A DNA stretch of 64,000 nt. Origin: an uncultured Azospirillaceae bacterium (GTDB taxonomy: Bacteria > Pseudomonadota > Alphaproteobacteria > RF32 > CAG-239). The notes beneath the pieces were generated by a model. The model made no database searches. It was not told the DNA's origin and worked only from the letters and a program-made list of their open reading frames with translations. A program made the position numbers and the translations under genes. Positions within the stretch are counted from its first letter, which is position 1; every line of letters starts with the position of its first letter. Positions 19,161 through 29,436 of this stretch are shown in pieces. The stretch is from NCBI GenBank assembly GCA_964655915.1, contig CAZZNV010000001.1, positions 10,012 to 74,011 of the forward strand, written 5' to 3'.

Positions 19161-20840
19161 TTACTGCGTCCTGACTACACTGCAAAATACGCCGTTACGA
19201 CCGAGGAGACCACAAGTTTTATCCCCTTCATCCAAACTTCTAATCGGACCGACACGCAAATGGAACAGTTCCTTTCCTTGACCATCGGCCGGCGCATCAA
19301 CCGAGAAAAACGGCTCATAACGCCCAAGGTCTGCCTTATATTTGCGTGACAGAGTATCCCACAAATCCTCCAAGTTGCTTACATTGCTATCTGTGCCCAA
19401 CTCAATAGATATGTTGGCGCTTCCGCCGTCAGAGAAACCCGTGCCGTAACTATATTGTTGAGCATACGGATTGGCCGAGGCCGAACCGCCTTGATTATTA
19501 CTTATCCGTTGCATTTTGCTGTAATCAAAATTGGCACCGGCATTTTGCATGCTATTCATTCCGCCTTGCGGCATCATAGACATTCCGACGCCGCCGTTGC
19601 CTTGCTGGTACTGTGGGACAACAATCTGGCTTTGTCCGACTTGAACATCATACTGACCACGGACAGCATCATTTCCGATTCCGGCGCCACCCCAACTGCC
19701 TCCGGCACCCGTTCCAGCACCTGCACCATACGGAGATGCTGCACTACCTTGGGTTCTTTGCTGCTCCGGAAGAGGTGCCGGAACCTCCCATTGCGGCGGC
19801 AGATAGTCAGCAGAATCAATCGCAAATTCGAGCCCGCTCTCATCTGAACGGCGCAGTTTTATACAAATGATACGTTTGCCGTTTCTTAAAACCATGTCAC
19901 CGACACCTTCAACGATAATCAAACGATTATCGGGTCCCTTTGTACGGAAACCAACCGGAACCTCCACACGCTCAACAATCATACTGACAACAGGGCGTTG
20001 TAACATGTTCAGGGATTTTTTGCCCAAATCAATATATGTAAAGATGTCATCTCTCCAAACACGTTCAGGAGCAATCACAACATCATCAGGGTTAGGTACA
20101 TAAACCTCCAAATCAAACCGAAACTTCGAAGGATCCAAAGGAATTTCTTTCAACCAATCGCTCTTTTGAAAACGTCGCGTATATGTCGAATCCACAGATT
20201 TTCCGCCAGACGTCGCACCGCCACCGGCGCCACCTCCGCGGAGCGATCCGAAGCTTCCGCCGCCGTTTCCGCCTTCTTGCCCCCCAATGACGTCAATATC
20301 AATAATGGAATTCGTCAGACGCTCCGTATTAACGGCCTCACTCTTTACATAAAAGACATAACGGTTTCCCGAGCGCCCAAAAACAATGATGTTTGTGTCA
20401 ACACCGACATTTGCCCCTTTGCGCGGATACAAAAGTAAACTGCTCGGCCCGGAAATCTGTCCATCAAAAGTGGCACTGTCGCCGATAAAGACGTCCTCAA
20501 TCATTTCCCATGTCGGAAAATTCACCAATGTAATCATTCCTTCACGCAGACGTATCGGCAAAATCAAATCCGGTGACCAATAATAACGAGAATATGCCGG
20601 ACGGCTCTGACCTTCGCCTAAATTTTGCAAAGGATCAAGCCACGCCTCTTGCGTCATACCCAACGAGTTGAAACCCGCATAACCGATATTCATCGGCTGA
20701 TAATTACCCTGAGCTTGTTCCGCGCTGGCGTCCAGCATTCCCTGATCAACCTGCGCATATACGTGAACACCTCCCGTCACACCGAAAAGTAAAGCCAAGA
20801 ATAAAAATTTTACTAGTTTGCGAGTCATCAATTTACCCAC
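19161..20840 (-). CDS. virB9: VirB9/TrbG/CagX-family T4SS outer-membrane core protein with internal Gly-rich insertion
   Basis: Signal peptide. N-terminal domain motif typical of VirB9 (ITLVNFPTWEMIEDVFIGDSATFD...LLLYPRKGANVGVDTNIIVFGRSGNRYVFYVKSE). Sits between virB8 and virB10. Confidence 0.65.
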   Translation of the reverse strand: MGKLMTRKLVKFLFLALLFGVTGGVHVYAQVDQGMLDASAEQAQGNYQPMNIGYAGFNSLGMTQEAWLDPLQNLGEGQSRPAYSRYYWSPDLILPIRLREGMITLVNFPTWEMIEDVFIGDSATFDGQISGPSSLLLYPRKGANVGVDTNIIVFGRSGNRYVFYVKSEAVNTERLTNSIIDIDVIGGQEGGNGGGSFGSLRGGGAGGGATSGGKSVDSTYTRRFQKSDWLKEIPLDPSKFRFDLEVYVPNPDDVVIAPERVWRDDIFTYIDLGKKSLNMLQRPVVSMIVERVEVPVGFRTKGPDNRLIIVEGVGDMVLRNGKRIICIKLRRSDESGLEFAIDSADYLPPQWEVPAPLPEQQRTQGSAASPYGAGAGTGAGGSWGGAGIGNDAVRGQYDVQVGQSQIVVPQYQQGNGGVGMSMMPQGGMNSMQNAGANFDYSKMQRISNNQGGSASANPYAQQYSYGTGFSDGGSANISIELGTDSNVSNLEDLWDTLSRKYKADLGRYEPFFSVDAPADGQGKELFHLRVGPIRSLDEGDKTCGLLGRNGVFCSVVRTQ

Positions 20841-20843
20841 CCA

Positions 20844-21578
20844 TCACGATTTGTTCAAAGTCAAAGAATATTTGTTTACCGTAAACCCGGTAGGATTTGT
20901 AAGCCTATCCCCATATTTTACGATTTTTTTACGAAAATTCACACCTAAAGAAGCTGTCCAATAATTAATAGACGGCTGATCAGATTCCGGATACATATCC
21001 GTCGTTTCATATTCCACCTGCCAAATACCATCAGCCAATTCATTTACCGAAAGTATCTTAACATTACGAACCAGACCTCTGTTCCGGATAATAGTAAGCG
21101 CTTTGTTAGCCGTGTTATCCAAGAAATCCTGATAAACATCTCCGGCAGACATCTCCTGAATCGGACCACCCGGCATCCACCTGGCTTCCATTTCAGGAAT
21201 ATCCGTGCTGAATGTACTCCGCAGCAACACATATTCCCTGACAAAGACCTCTATAACTGATTTTATATTCTGCAAACCGTCTTTAACCGGCTGAATATCA
21301 TAAACCTGCTCCGATCTGTTTTGAAAAGTCAGCAGATACGGCTCTACCCGATAGAGCGGCATCACTTGGTAAACCGCCAAAATCAAAACAATATTACAGC
21401 AAATACTCAAGGCGCTGATGATAGCAAAGGCACGCGCCGTCCACAGATAACGCTTTTCTCCGGCATTAGACACCATCATGCTATTTTTTTGCGAAACCGA
21501 GGAAGACGCCGGACGCTGTCCCATTCCTTCCCCCAACAAGCGTCGCCCGCCGGAATTTCCCTCTATTCTTTCAGCCAT
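20844..21578 (-). CDS. virB8: VirB8-family protein (copy 1)
   Basis: N-terminal cytoplasmic region, one TM (AFAIISALSICCNIVLILAVYQV), and periplasmic NTF2-like domain with VirB8 signatures (EVFVREYVLLRSTF; NPTGFTVNKYS). Confidence 0.8.
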   Translation of the reverse strand: MAERIEGNSGGRRLLGEGMGQRPASSSVSQKNSMMVSNAGEKRYLWTARAFAIISALSICCNIVLILAVYQVMPLYRVEPYLLTFQNRSEQVYDIQPVKDGLQNIKSVIEVFVREYVLLRSTFSTDIPEMEARWMPGGPIQEMSAGDVYQDFLDNTANKALTIIRNRGLVRNVKILSVNELADGIWQVEYETTDMYPESDQPSINYWTASLGVNFRKKIVKYGDRLTNPTGFTVNKYSLTLNKS

Positions 21579-21592
21579 TACCTATTCCGCCT

Positions 21593-21811
21593 CTAAATTG
21601 TCGCAACAAACCAATCCGGCAAATTCTTCGGAAGCTCTATTTCCATACATGCGCAGGGCGACAACTTCAGCTCATCGCTCCCTTTACCGATACCAACCGG
21701 CTCAGGCTCGTAATACGAACCAAAACAACCTGAAAGCAACAAAACACCCAAAACAGCTACGACTTTCAAACACTTATTCATCCACGAACCTTTCGTCAGA
21801 TTTAAATACAA
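21593..21811 (-). CDS. Small lipoprotein, VirB7-like
   Basis: 72 aa. Signal peptide plus lipobox (LLLSGCFGS). It is placed between two virB8 genes, and size and context fit VirB7, but there is no sequence-level proof. Confidence 0.45.
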   Translation of the reverse strand: MYLNLTKGSWMNKCLKVVAVLGVLLLSGCFGSYYEPEPVGIGKGSDELKLSPCACMEIELPKNLPDWFVATI

Positions 21812-21880
21812 CTTCAGTTATTATGAAGTTAAACTCTTTTCGTTTAAAAGTCTAACAGCTTGAATATACTTATCAACAAA

Positions 21881-22624
21881 TTAGAGAATATCAACCTCTG
21901 TTTGGGAATAGCGCGTTACGGTAAAGCCCAGAGGATTTAATAAACGGCGCCCAAAAAATTGACGCTCCTTGATAAAACGTGCGGAAAGCGAAGCCGTCCA
22001 ATAACGTGTCCTTAACACGGCTTGACCATTACTGTCGTTATACAGATCATATGTTTTAAAATCCACTTTCCAAATAGGGCTTTTTGCACCGCCTTGTCGA
22101 TTGACCGAAATAATCTCCACTTCTCGCACAAGAACCTGATTAATCATATCCACCCATCCTTTATGGACAGTTTCCTCAAAAGGTTCGTATACTTCTAACG
22201 AAGACATAAAGCTTACAATTCCACCGTACCACCAACGAGATTTCATCTCGCTTTGGTCATTTATAACCGTATTGCGATAAATAACATACTGCTTAATAAA
22301 GGTTTTCATCAGCTTTTCTTTAGAAGCCATAGTCTCGGTGATGGGTTCGTTACGCACGATACCCTCAGAACTGTCTTGTTTGATTATTAAAAACGGTTCG
22401 ACTCTAACCATTGGCGCCAAAGAAAACAGCGCTAAAGAAGAGCTAATCATCACCAATAAAGAAACGCACGCCACAAAAATGAAAAAACGAGACATCCAGA
22501 TATAGTAAAAATAACGCAGACCCTCTTTCTCATTTTCTACATGTTCTATAAACGCGTAGTTTTCCGCGCCGTCGGTTCCTATGGCTATTCGAGCGTTTTC
22601 ACTTCCTATTTGTCTGTTATCCAT
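21881..22624 (-). CDS. virB8: VirB8-family protein (copy 2)
   Basis: One TM (FFIFVACVSLLVMISSSLALFSLAP). VirB8 motifs (KQYVIYRNTV; NPLGFTVTRYS). Confidence 0.8.
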   Translation of the reverse strand: MDNRQIGSENARIAIGTDGAENYAFIEHVENEKEGLRYFYYIWMSRFFIFVACVSLLVMISSSLALFSLAPMVRVEPFLIIKQDSSEGIVRNEPITETMASKEKLMKTFIKQYVIYRNTVINDQSEMKSRWWYGGIVSFMSSLEVYEPFEETVHKGWVDMINQVLVREVEIISVNRQGGAKSPIWKVDFKTYDLYNDSNGQAVLRTRYWTASLSARFIKERQFFGRRLLNPLGFTVTRYSQTEVDIL

Positions 22625-22634
22625 CGGTTTCCTT

Positions 22635-25600
22635 CTAATACCTTACGTAATAGGGCATTGCTTTAAAGTTACTTTTAGCACCTAATTCTTCAAGATGCTT
22701 ACTATATTTATCAACAACTTCATCATTAACTTTTGCAGTTTTTATGTCTGCATCAAGGTTATTGTTATCCACAACGGCTGCGGTTACGGGGGTGAGCTCA
22801 TCTTTATCCTTTTGCAGCCCTCTGACGATGTTTTTGTAATAATCAACACGTTCGGCAGCAACCTCATTTTCCTTAATCTGAATATTATCCATTTTTTTCA
22901 ATGATTCCGCCACTTTGGTATTTTTCAATCGCTCTAGCTTGCCACGAACTTTTTCATAATCACTGTCTTTGGCCATATCCAAATTTCCAGATATTGCTAA
23001 GCCGTGCTTTGCCAAAACTTCTTTCAGTGTCTTCATTAACTCATCATACTCTTTTTGAACCTCTTCTTTGTGTCTGCGAGCATTTTGCTCATTTTCCACA
23101 AATTGCAGATATTCACCAATTTTATTTCGAGTCATAACCGCGTTATCATATGCTTTTTTCAACGGAGGCTGATCTTTGTTGCTGTCTCCTGAAACATCTT
23201 CCGCCTGCCTTGCGATAAGGTTTTGAAAAGCGTCATAAGTTTCTTGCCTGAAAAAGATTGTTCCGTTCGAATCGGCATCTAACAATGTGCCCAGCTCACT
23301 ATAAACGCAATTTTCCGACACAGGTTTTGCATCATCTTTATTCCACAAAGTTGGTTTTAAGAACGAAATCTCGGCAGAACGAAGGACATCATATACCTTG
23401 CCTTTTCTAATCTCCAAATACGGACATTCTCGCAAATCTTTTACCGTGGAATTTCCTTCAATGAAATCACCCTTGGCATTTACATCAACCACAACAGATG
23501 AATTTTTAACCTTACAAGGCATATACCCGCCTCGGAACAATGCCACCGTCGGACACTCCCCCTCTGATTTCAAAAGTTCTTTCAGATTAATATCCGTTTC
23601 GACAAAAGCTCTTTCTTTCAAAAGCATCTGCCATATAGCGGGAATCTCCTGACCATAATTCAAAAAGTCATTCCGTGTAATCGGTTCACTGTCTTTCCTG
23701 TCTTTATCATATGGTTTGATATTCTGAAAATCAACATCATCAAAACGTACAATTTCACGCAATGGAGGCAACTTCAAACCAGGAACAACCATCGGCGCCT
23801 TTAAATCTCTGGTTTTTGCGGGATTTCCCACAAAGTAATCCTCCCCCTCAGGAGAAACATCGGCAGAAAGCATTGTCTCATATAAAAGAATATCTAAAGC
23901 AACCTTCATGCCGCCATGCTTAACCACTAACGGCATCTTCTTTATGTCATCAATCATCTGCTGGTGAATCTGCACGACTTGTCCGTGATAATCGGGATCA
24001 TACAAATTATCTCCCATTCCTTTCAACTGGCTTTGAGCCATATCTATTCTGGCATCAACCAAAGTGTATAAATCAGATAAAGCTTTTTCAATAGCCGCGT
24101 TTAATCCACCCAGTAATGATGCCTTCAGCCCCACAGGATCTTCCACATCAACAAGCTTGGACACCATGTTGGAAGCTATAACACTAAGCCCCTGATTGAC
24201 ATCTTTAGAGAATTTCTCCTCATATTCCGACTTCGCCTTTTTTATTTGTTCTATGGCTGAAGCGCTCTTCTGAACCAACGAGGCATTAATGTTGGCACTG
24301 CCTTTTTGCGAATTTAACTTTTCTCTGGCAACCTGAGCATCTAAAGCTGACAGTTTTGCTTTCAGCTCTGATATTTTTTTATCCGCCTCAGAACTCTTTT
24401 GCTGAAGAACCTTGACATCTGATGTTCTTTTATCTCTTTTGATTGCTGAAGAAATATCCGCTTTTAACGCCTTCCCCCCGTCACTCTTCAAATATGCCAT
24501 TGCCAACGAGAATCCTGATTTGATTTTCATTGCATAATATGAACCTCCGGCGGCCGGAAGTACCGTGGCTCTAACCTCTTGAAAGACATCAGGAAACTCT
24601 TCTTTATATAACAAATTCTTTTCTATCTTCTTTATTGAATCTGTTCTGATTTCTTCTCTGGTGTCATATATTTCATCATTGAGATTCTTGAAGGTTTCAG
24701 AGGCTTTTTCAAGTTCTTCCGCCACTTGAGCGCGTTGCTTCTGCAAAGATGTTTCTGTCCTTTTTATCTCTTGTGCATGCTCTTTGTGCTTGGCATCGTA
24801 TTCTTCTTGGTATTTTATACGGCTTTTGTTAAGCTCTCCATCCAAACGAGAGAATTCTTGCTGTTTTAACGTGTCTGACGGAGAATTCTTCTTCCCCTGT
24901 AAATGAGCAACCACAACGGCCTTTACATCGTTTACGGAAAAGCCATGCAAAACAGTGCGAATATTTTTATATTTTCCATCCAGATATTGGTCATAAAACT
25001 TTTTAGTATCGTTCCATATTGGGAATTTTTGTTTAACAATTCCCCACTCTTGCGGTGCGGCCGCCATCATTTTTGATACTTCGGCACCGATTGTCCACGG
25101 TATCATGATTGTTGCCCGATTTTCCTCCGCAATTGCCTCTTCTTTTGACGGGCTCCCTATTGATGTTGAACGCTTAGAAATATTGTCCGCAATCTCGTTC
25201 TTTTCTATCTGCCCCGCATAATTATCGTTATTGCTGTCAAAATCCGTTTCCACATCGGCCATAACAATATCTCCGGTAACGTCTGTGGTCGCCTGCGCGG
25301 CTTTAGCGGCCTCAAACGCTGCCACAGCCCAACCACCGAGCCCTTTCATCTGATCATATGCCGTGATGTCTGTCGGCGGTGTCTGCCCTTGCATAACTTT
25401 TAACGGGTTATCGTAACGACGTCCTAAAAATTCTAAAACACTTTGTTGTTCCGATTTTAATTCTTCAATTGTTTTTTCATGCCTTTTTATGACTTCCTGA
25501 AGTCTTTGAGCGGCTTTTTTATATGACGGCAAACCATTTATTGTATTATGCGCTGATGATGCATCATCAACCTCAGCCGCTAAATCATCTACTTTGTTCA

Positions 25601-26786
25601 GCTCATTCATTTTTTCTTCGGCGGCAACATACGGATGCATTATTCCCGATGCCGGAGCCGTTGAATAGCTGACCCCTTTGGTTCTGAAAAATGCTTGAAC
25701 TTTAACTGCGGGAGATAAATCTTCAACATCTTTTTCGCTCAACTCTACTTTTGTTGATTTGTTTTGCAGCTCTTTAGCCTGAAACTCTAAGGTATCCTTT
25801 ATCCTGGCCGAGCGCTCCATCGTCTTTAAGACGGCATCTTTAGAGGCTCCGTCCGCCGTCATATTTATAAATTGCCCTGTGGCACTGTCTTTTATTTTGG
25901 CAACGGCTTTCTGAAGTTCTCGCTTTTCTTTCAGTTGTGCAAAAGCCAGAGGCGTTTTTCCTGAAATGCTATGCGTATTGGGAATTTCAAACAAAAAGGC
26001 CTCATCATGCGTTTCAGACTTATTCTCCTTACCGTCAAAGCGACTGTCAAATTTGAGAGGTTCTATTGTATTCATGGCTTTAACGGCGGCCAACTGTGCC
26101 CGCAAAGCTGTTGCGTTTTGAAGAACTTTCAACGCGTCATCCAAGGCGTCCAAAGCTTTTGTGCGGTCACAGATTGCTCCCTGAGTTCCATTACTCTCAA
26201 GAGAGCTCTTTGTTTTTTCTATGGCGGGTTTTATCTCACTTTCCATTTTACTTTGGAGCATATCAACTGCCGTATAAATTTCCGTAATGCTATCGGCTTG
26301 AAAACGATTGACATTGTTCTCAAAATCATATCGAAGATCAAATTCCGGTCTGGTCATAATTACGGCATATACGCCCTCTGCCACCGTTTCTTTTTGAGAG
26401 ACATCTACTTTTATCGTGTTGCCGTTTTTATCTTTAATTTGGCAAGTCTGAAATGCTGATGAAGCGAGCTTATTTACAAAAGCCAGAGGATTAGAAAGAT
26501 CATTTATGGCACCTTTTACGGTACCCACCGCTTTTTGAATACCGGAAAGACTGTCGTTTAATATATTTTGAGCTGTGCCGGCCGTTTCTGTTAAGCTATT
26601 AAAGGTTTCTTGCCCAACTCGAAAACCATTCATCGGAGCTTGTATCGGATCCATTTCAGGGAAAACTCCCGCAGGACTGGGAACTATCACCAATTCCACG
26701 GGGTCTATTGCATTTCCTTCAGGAGCGAATGAAACTGCCACACTCAAAAAAGCTATAAGACTGAATAAACTTTTACGCTTTTTCAT
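22635..26786 (-). CDS. Secreted giant coiled-coil protein (1383 aa), hypothetical
   Basis: Sec-type signal peptide (LFSLIAFLSVAVSFAPEGNA), then long K/E/A/Q-rich helical heptad-like sequence. Its start overlaps the stop of the upstream gene (shared coordinate 26786), implying translational coupling. Confidence 0.5.
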   Translation of the reverse strand: MKKRKSLFSLIAFLSVAVSFAPEGNAIDPVELVIVPSPAGVFPEMDPIQAPMNGFRVGQETFNSLTETAGTAQNILNDSLSGIQKAVGTVKGAINDLSNPLAFVNKLASSAFQTCQIKDKNGNTIKVDVSQKETVAEGVYAVIMTRPEFDLRYDFENNVNRFQADSITEIYTAVDMLQSKMESEIKPAIEKTKSSLESNGTQGAICDRTKALDALDDALKVLQNATALRAQLAAVKAMNTIEPLKFDSRFDGKENKSETHDEAFLFEIPNTHSISGKTPLAFAQLKEKRELQKAVAKIKDSATGQFINMTADGASKDAVLKTMERSARIKDTLEFQAKELQNKSTKVELSEKDVEDLSPAVKVQAFFRTKGVSYSTAPASGIMHPYVAAEEKMNELNKVDDLAAEVDDASSAHNTINGLPSYKKAAQRLQEVIKRHEKTIEELKSEQQSVLEFLGRRYDNPLKVMQGQTPPTDITAYDQMKGLGGWAVAAFEAAKAAQATTDVTGDIVMADVETDFDSNNDNYAGQIEKNEIADNISKRSTSIGSPSKEEAIAEENRATIMIPWTIGAEVSKMMAAAPQEWGIVKQKFPIWNDTKKFYDQYLDGKYKNIRTVLHGFSVNDVKAVVVAHLQGKKNSPSDTLKQQEFSRLDGELNKSRIKYQEEYDAKHKEHAQEIKRTETSLQKQRAQVAEELEKASETFKNLNDEIYDTREEIRTDSIKKIEKNLLYKEEFPDVFQEVRATVLPAAGGSYYAMKIKSGFSLAMAYLKSDGGKALKADISSAIKRDKRTSDVKVLQQKSSEADKKISELKAKLSALDAQVAREKLNSQKGSANINASLVQKSASAIEQIKKAKSEYEEKFSKDVNQGLSVIASNMVSKLVDVEDPVGLKASLLGGLNAAIEKALSDLYTLVDARIDMAQSQLKGMGDNLYDPDYHGQVVQIHQQMIDDIKKMPLVVKHGGMKVALDILLYETMLSADVSPEGEDYFVGNPAKTRDLKAPMVVPGLKLPPLREIVRFDDVDFQNIKPYDKDRKDSEPITRNDFLNYGQEIPAIWQMLLKERAFVETDINLKELLKSEGECPTVALFRGGYMPCKVKNSSVVVDVNAKGDFIEGNSTVKDLRECPYLEIRKGKVYDVLRSAEISFLKPTLWNKDDAKPVSENCVYSELGTLLDADSNGTIFFRQETYDAFQNLIARQAEDVSGDSNKDQPPLKKAYDNAVMTRNKIGEYLQFVENEQNARRHKEEVQKEYDELMKTLKEVLAKHGLAISGNLDMAKDSDYEKVRGKLERLKNTKVAESLKKMDNIQIKENEVAAERVDYYKNIVRGLQKDKDELTPVTAAVVDNNNLDADIKTAKVNDEVVDKYSKHLEELGAKSNFKAMPYYVRY

Positions 26787-28915
26787 TATCCCATTCCTCC
26801 TATTACGTCAACTTCAGGCTCCGGAACTTCTTCGGGAACACTCTCTTCTTCCGGTATCTCTGTTGAACTCGAATCATCCTCTGTTTCTTGCGCCGGTGTC
26901 GAATTACCTCCGGTTGCATTGGATAAGCCCGGAAGATTCTGAGCTGCACTGTTGACTTGGCCTATACCCTCTTGGACAGTAGACATACCCTCGCCGACTG
27001 CCGCAGCCATATCTCCTCCTAAATTCTGCAAATCACCCAAAATATCTTTTGGCTTCTGGGTTGCATAAGCACATAAATCAAAATTTGTTAAATCTACGGG
27101 AGTGTTTTTAATTGCTTTTAACTGAGAGGCCTCTACCGCTGCCGCCATTTTTAAATCAGCCAGCACTAAATCTATATAACGAACAAAAGCGTCTATTTCC
27201 TTGGTTGAGCCTTCTGTTTGGACAACCGTGGCATCGGACTCTCCCGAGGCGGTTCCCGCCAAATTGTTTGTCAAATCAATATCACTCCGAGGTTCTTTTA
27301 TATAGAATCTGCTGCTTACAGCTAATTTATACGCCTCATAAATAGCCTCTCGACGAACACCGTATCGGGACTGTTGTGTTGCCTCTACATTTGAAGATGT
27401 TTCTTCAGCATCCTGATCCAAGAAAAATGCGGCCTGCGTTTCTTCCACAGCCTCTTGAGGTTTTTCCTCCTTCTTTTTATCTTTTCCTAGAAGTTTTTTC
27501 GTTTTTTGGGTAATTTGAGTTATTTTTTTAACAAGATTTTTAATTGCTCCTTCTACCGCTTTTATGTTTTCTTCGTTTATCGTTTTTTCTATATCCTCTT
27601 CACTCATTCCCAAAAAGGCAAACATCAATTCTTCTTTCCCGCCAATACGAGAAGAACTTTTCAAACTGTTTTCTTTAATTTTTTTCGATAAATCTTTAAT
27701 TTTCAGGGATTCTACTTTACTTTTTTGCCCCCGGCGAACAGCTTGCACTTTATCCTTCGGGGTTATCGTTTCAACCTTGCTCACACTTTGCAGATTTGTC
27801 TTTAATTCTGAGCGATTAAGCTGTTTAGAATTATTTAAAATCCTGCTTGGATTATTTTCTTTTATATTTTTCAGCTTCTGAAGAGAAATTTTATCATCCG
27901 AAACCATGTCCTCTTCGCCAATCTTTAAAGCCTCTTCAACAGCCGGTTCCTCTTCCGCATTCGGCAAAGACAGCTTTTCAGAAACATCTAAAGACATTTT
28001 TGAGGCCAACTCACCTTTGGTCGCAACCAAATTTGTCTTAACATCAGCAATTGCCTGTTTTGCAGCCACCGCCTGCATCATATCCTCACTCAAGACAACA
28101 TCTTTTACGGCTATTCCTCTGGAAGCACCTAATTTCAAAGCTTTTGCTTTTTCTTCCCTTAGCGCTTTTGTGTTAGCCAGAGCCGTTTTGCGAATTTCCT
28201 CGCTCTCACGTTCTTTAAGAACCCACTCATCCAAAGACGTTCCTGTTTGAGCCAGTTGCGCTTCACTTTCCTCTAAAAATTCTTCATTTGCGGTTACATT
28301 CTCATTCATCTGAGCTTTATAGCTCTCAACAGTCCTTGCCAAATCTGCTTTAACCGCTTGGATTTGATTTTGGTATTGCGCTATTACTTTCTGTTGCGAG
28401 GCATCACTAACAGCTAAAAATTTGGCATTATTTATGTTGTTTTCCAAAGCTTTAACCTTGGAATCTGCCTCACTTTCCGCCAGCTCTATTTTTTCATTGT
28501 ATGAAGCTTTGAGATTTTCCTTAACCTCCTGCAAGCGGCTGACTTCGTCCTTCAGCGCGACAACTTCTTTACCTAATTTAGCCGCCTGAACAGCCGGACT
28601 GTTTAAAACATCATCTTTAATCTTCATCCCTTGGTTGTAGACGTTCATTATTCTCTCTTGAGCTTTTCCGGCATATTCCATACCCTTAGCCATGCCGTCT
28701 CGGGCATATCCTTGAGCTTTTTCCGCCATCACCTTCAGCTTTGTCAGTTTGCTGACCTGCTGTGCATCTTCTGATGCAGAAGTCGTAATATCAGACACAC
28801 CTCCGGCTGTTTGCGCCCCATCAAGTGTCACCGCCTTAACCTCAAAAGACAAGATAAAAGCGATCAAGCAACTTATTGTTACAAATGCTATGGAGAAAAG
28901 CTTCTTTTTCATCAA
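26786..28915 (-). CDS. Secreted coiled-coil protein (709 aa), hypothetical
   Basis: Signal peptide (LFSIAFVTISCLIAFILSFEVKA), coiled-coil-rich body, acidic C-terminal tail. Overlaps its neighbours by 1-4 nt. Confidence 0.5.
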   Translation of the reverse strand: MMKKKLFSIAFVTISCLIAFILSFEVKAVTLDGAQTAGGVSDITTSASEDAQQVSKLTKLKVMAEKAQGYARDGMAKGMEYAGKAQERIMNVYNQGMKIKDDVLNSPAVQAAKLGKEVVALKDEVSRLQEVKENLKASYNEKIELAESEADSKVKALENNINNAKFLAVSDASQQKVIAQYQNQIQAVKADLARTVESYKAQMNENVTANEEFLEESEAQLAQTGTSLDEWVLKERESEEIRKTALANTKALREEKAKALKLGASRGIAVKDVVLSEDMMQAVAAKQAIADVKTNLVATKGELASKMSLDVSEKLSLPNAEEEPAVEEALKIGEEDMVSDDKISLQKLKNIKENNPSRILNNSKQLNRSELKTNLQSVSKVETITPKDKVQAVRRGQKSKVESLKIKDLSKKIKENSLKSSSRIGGKEELMFAFLGMSEEDIEKTINEENIKAVEGAIKNLVKKITQITQKTKKLLGKDKKKEEKPQEAVEETQAAFFLDQDAEETSSNVEATQQSRYGVRREAIYEAYKLAVSSRFYIKEPRSDIDLTNNLAGTASGESDATVVQTEGSTKEIDAFVRYIDLVLADLKMAAAVEASQLKAIKNTPVDLTNFDLCAYATQKPKDILGDLQNLGGDMAAAVGEGMSTVQEGIGQVNSAAQNLPGLSNATGGNSTPAQETEDDSSSTEIPEEESVPEEVPEPEVDVIGGMG

Positions 28916-29436
28916 TTTTTCTCCTCTGAACTACAACGGTTTAAGACATCACTTTCCCCTTTAGGAATACTCTTAAACATTTGAGTTCCTTCCAGGGAGG
29001 CTATCCCCGCTTCTAATGCGGCAATTGACTGTAATCTGCGCGCTATACTTATCAATAAAGGTCTTGTGGCTTTAGTCATAATTTCCTTTTGTTCTTCAGC
29101 TTCTCCATTTCCTTTGTCCGCACACAAACTGTCCAAATCAAACTCTCTGTCTTTTTCATTCATCAGAACCACACGGGTACTTATCGCTTCTGCATATACT
29201 TTTGAGGCCAAATCACGAAGTAATTCATTTTCTTTTGAAGCTTCCGCTTCCGCCTCCGTTGAGTTAACAGCCTCAGAACTCAACGCTTTTATAATCGGAC
29301 ATATATTATCTGCAACATTAATCGGTTTACCATTCTTGCTGACGATGTAATCCGGAATTTCTAGTGCAAGCGTTGATGTCGGAGTACAACAAACAGCCGC
29401 TAAAAACAAAATAGAAAAATGTTTGAGCTTATTCAT
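28912..29436 (-). CDS. Small secreted helical protein (174 aa), hypothetical
   Basis: Signal peptide (FSILFLAAVCCTPTSTLALE). Size and helical character are compatible with a VirB5-like minor pilus protein, but there is no motif-level support. Confidence 0.4.
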   Translation of the reverse strand: MNKLKHFSILFLAAVCCTPTSTLALEIPDYIVSKNGKPINVADNICPIIKALSSEAVNSTEAEAEASKENELLRDLASKVYAEAISTRVVLMNEKDREFDLDSLCADKGNGEAEEQKEIMTKATRPLLISIARRLQSIAALEAGIASLEGTQMFKSIPKGESDVLNRCSSEEKN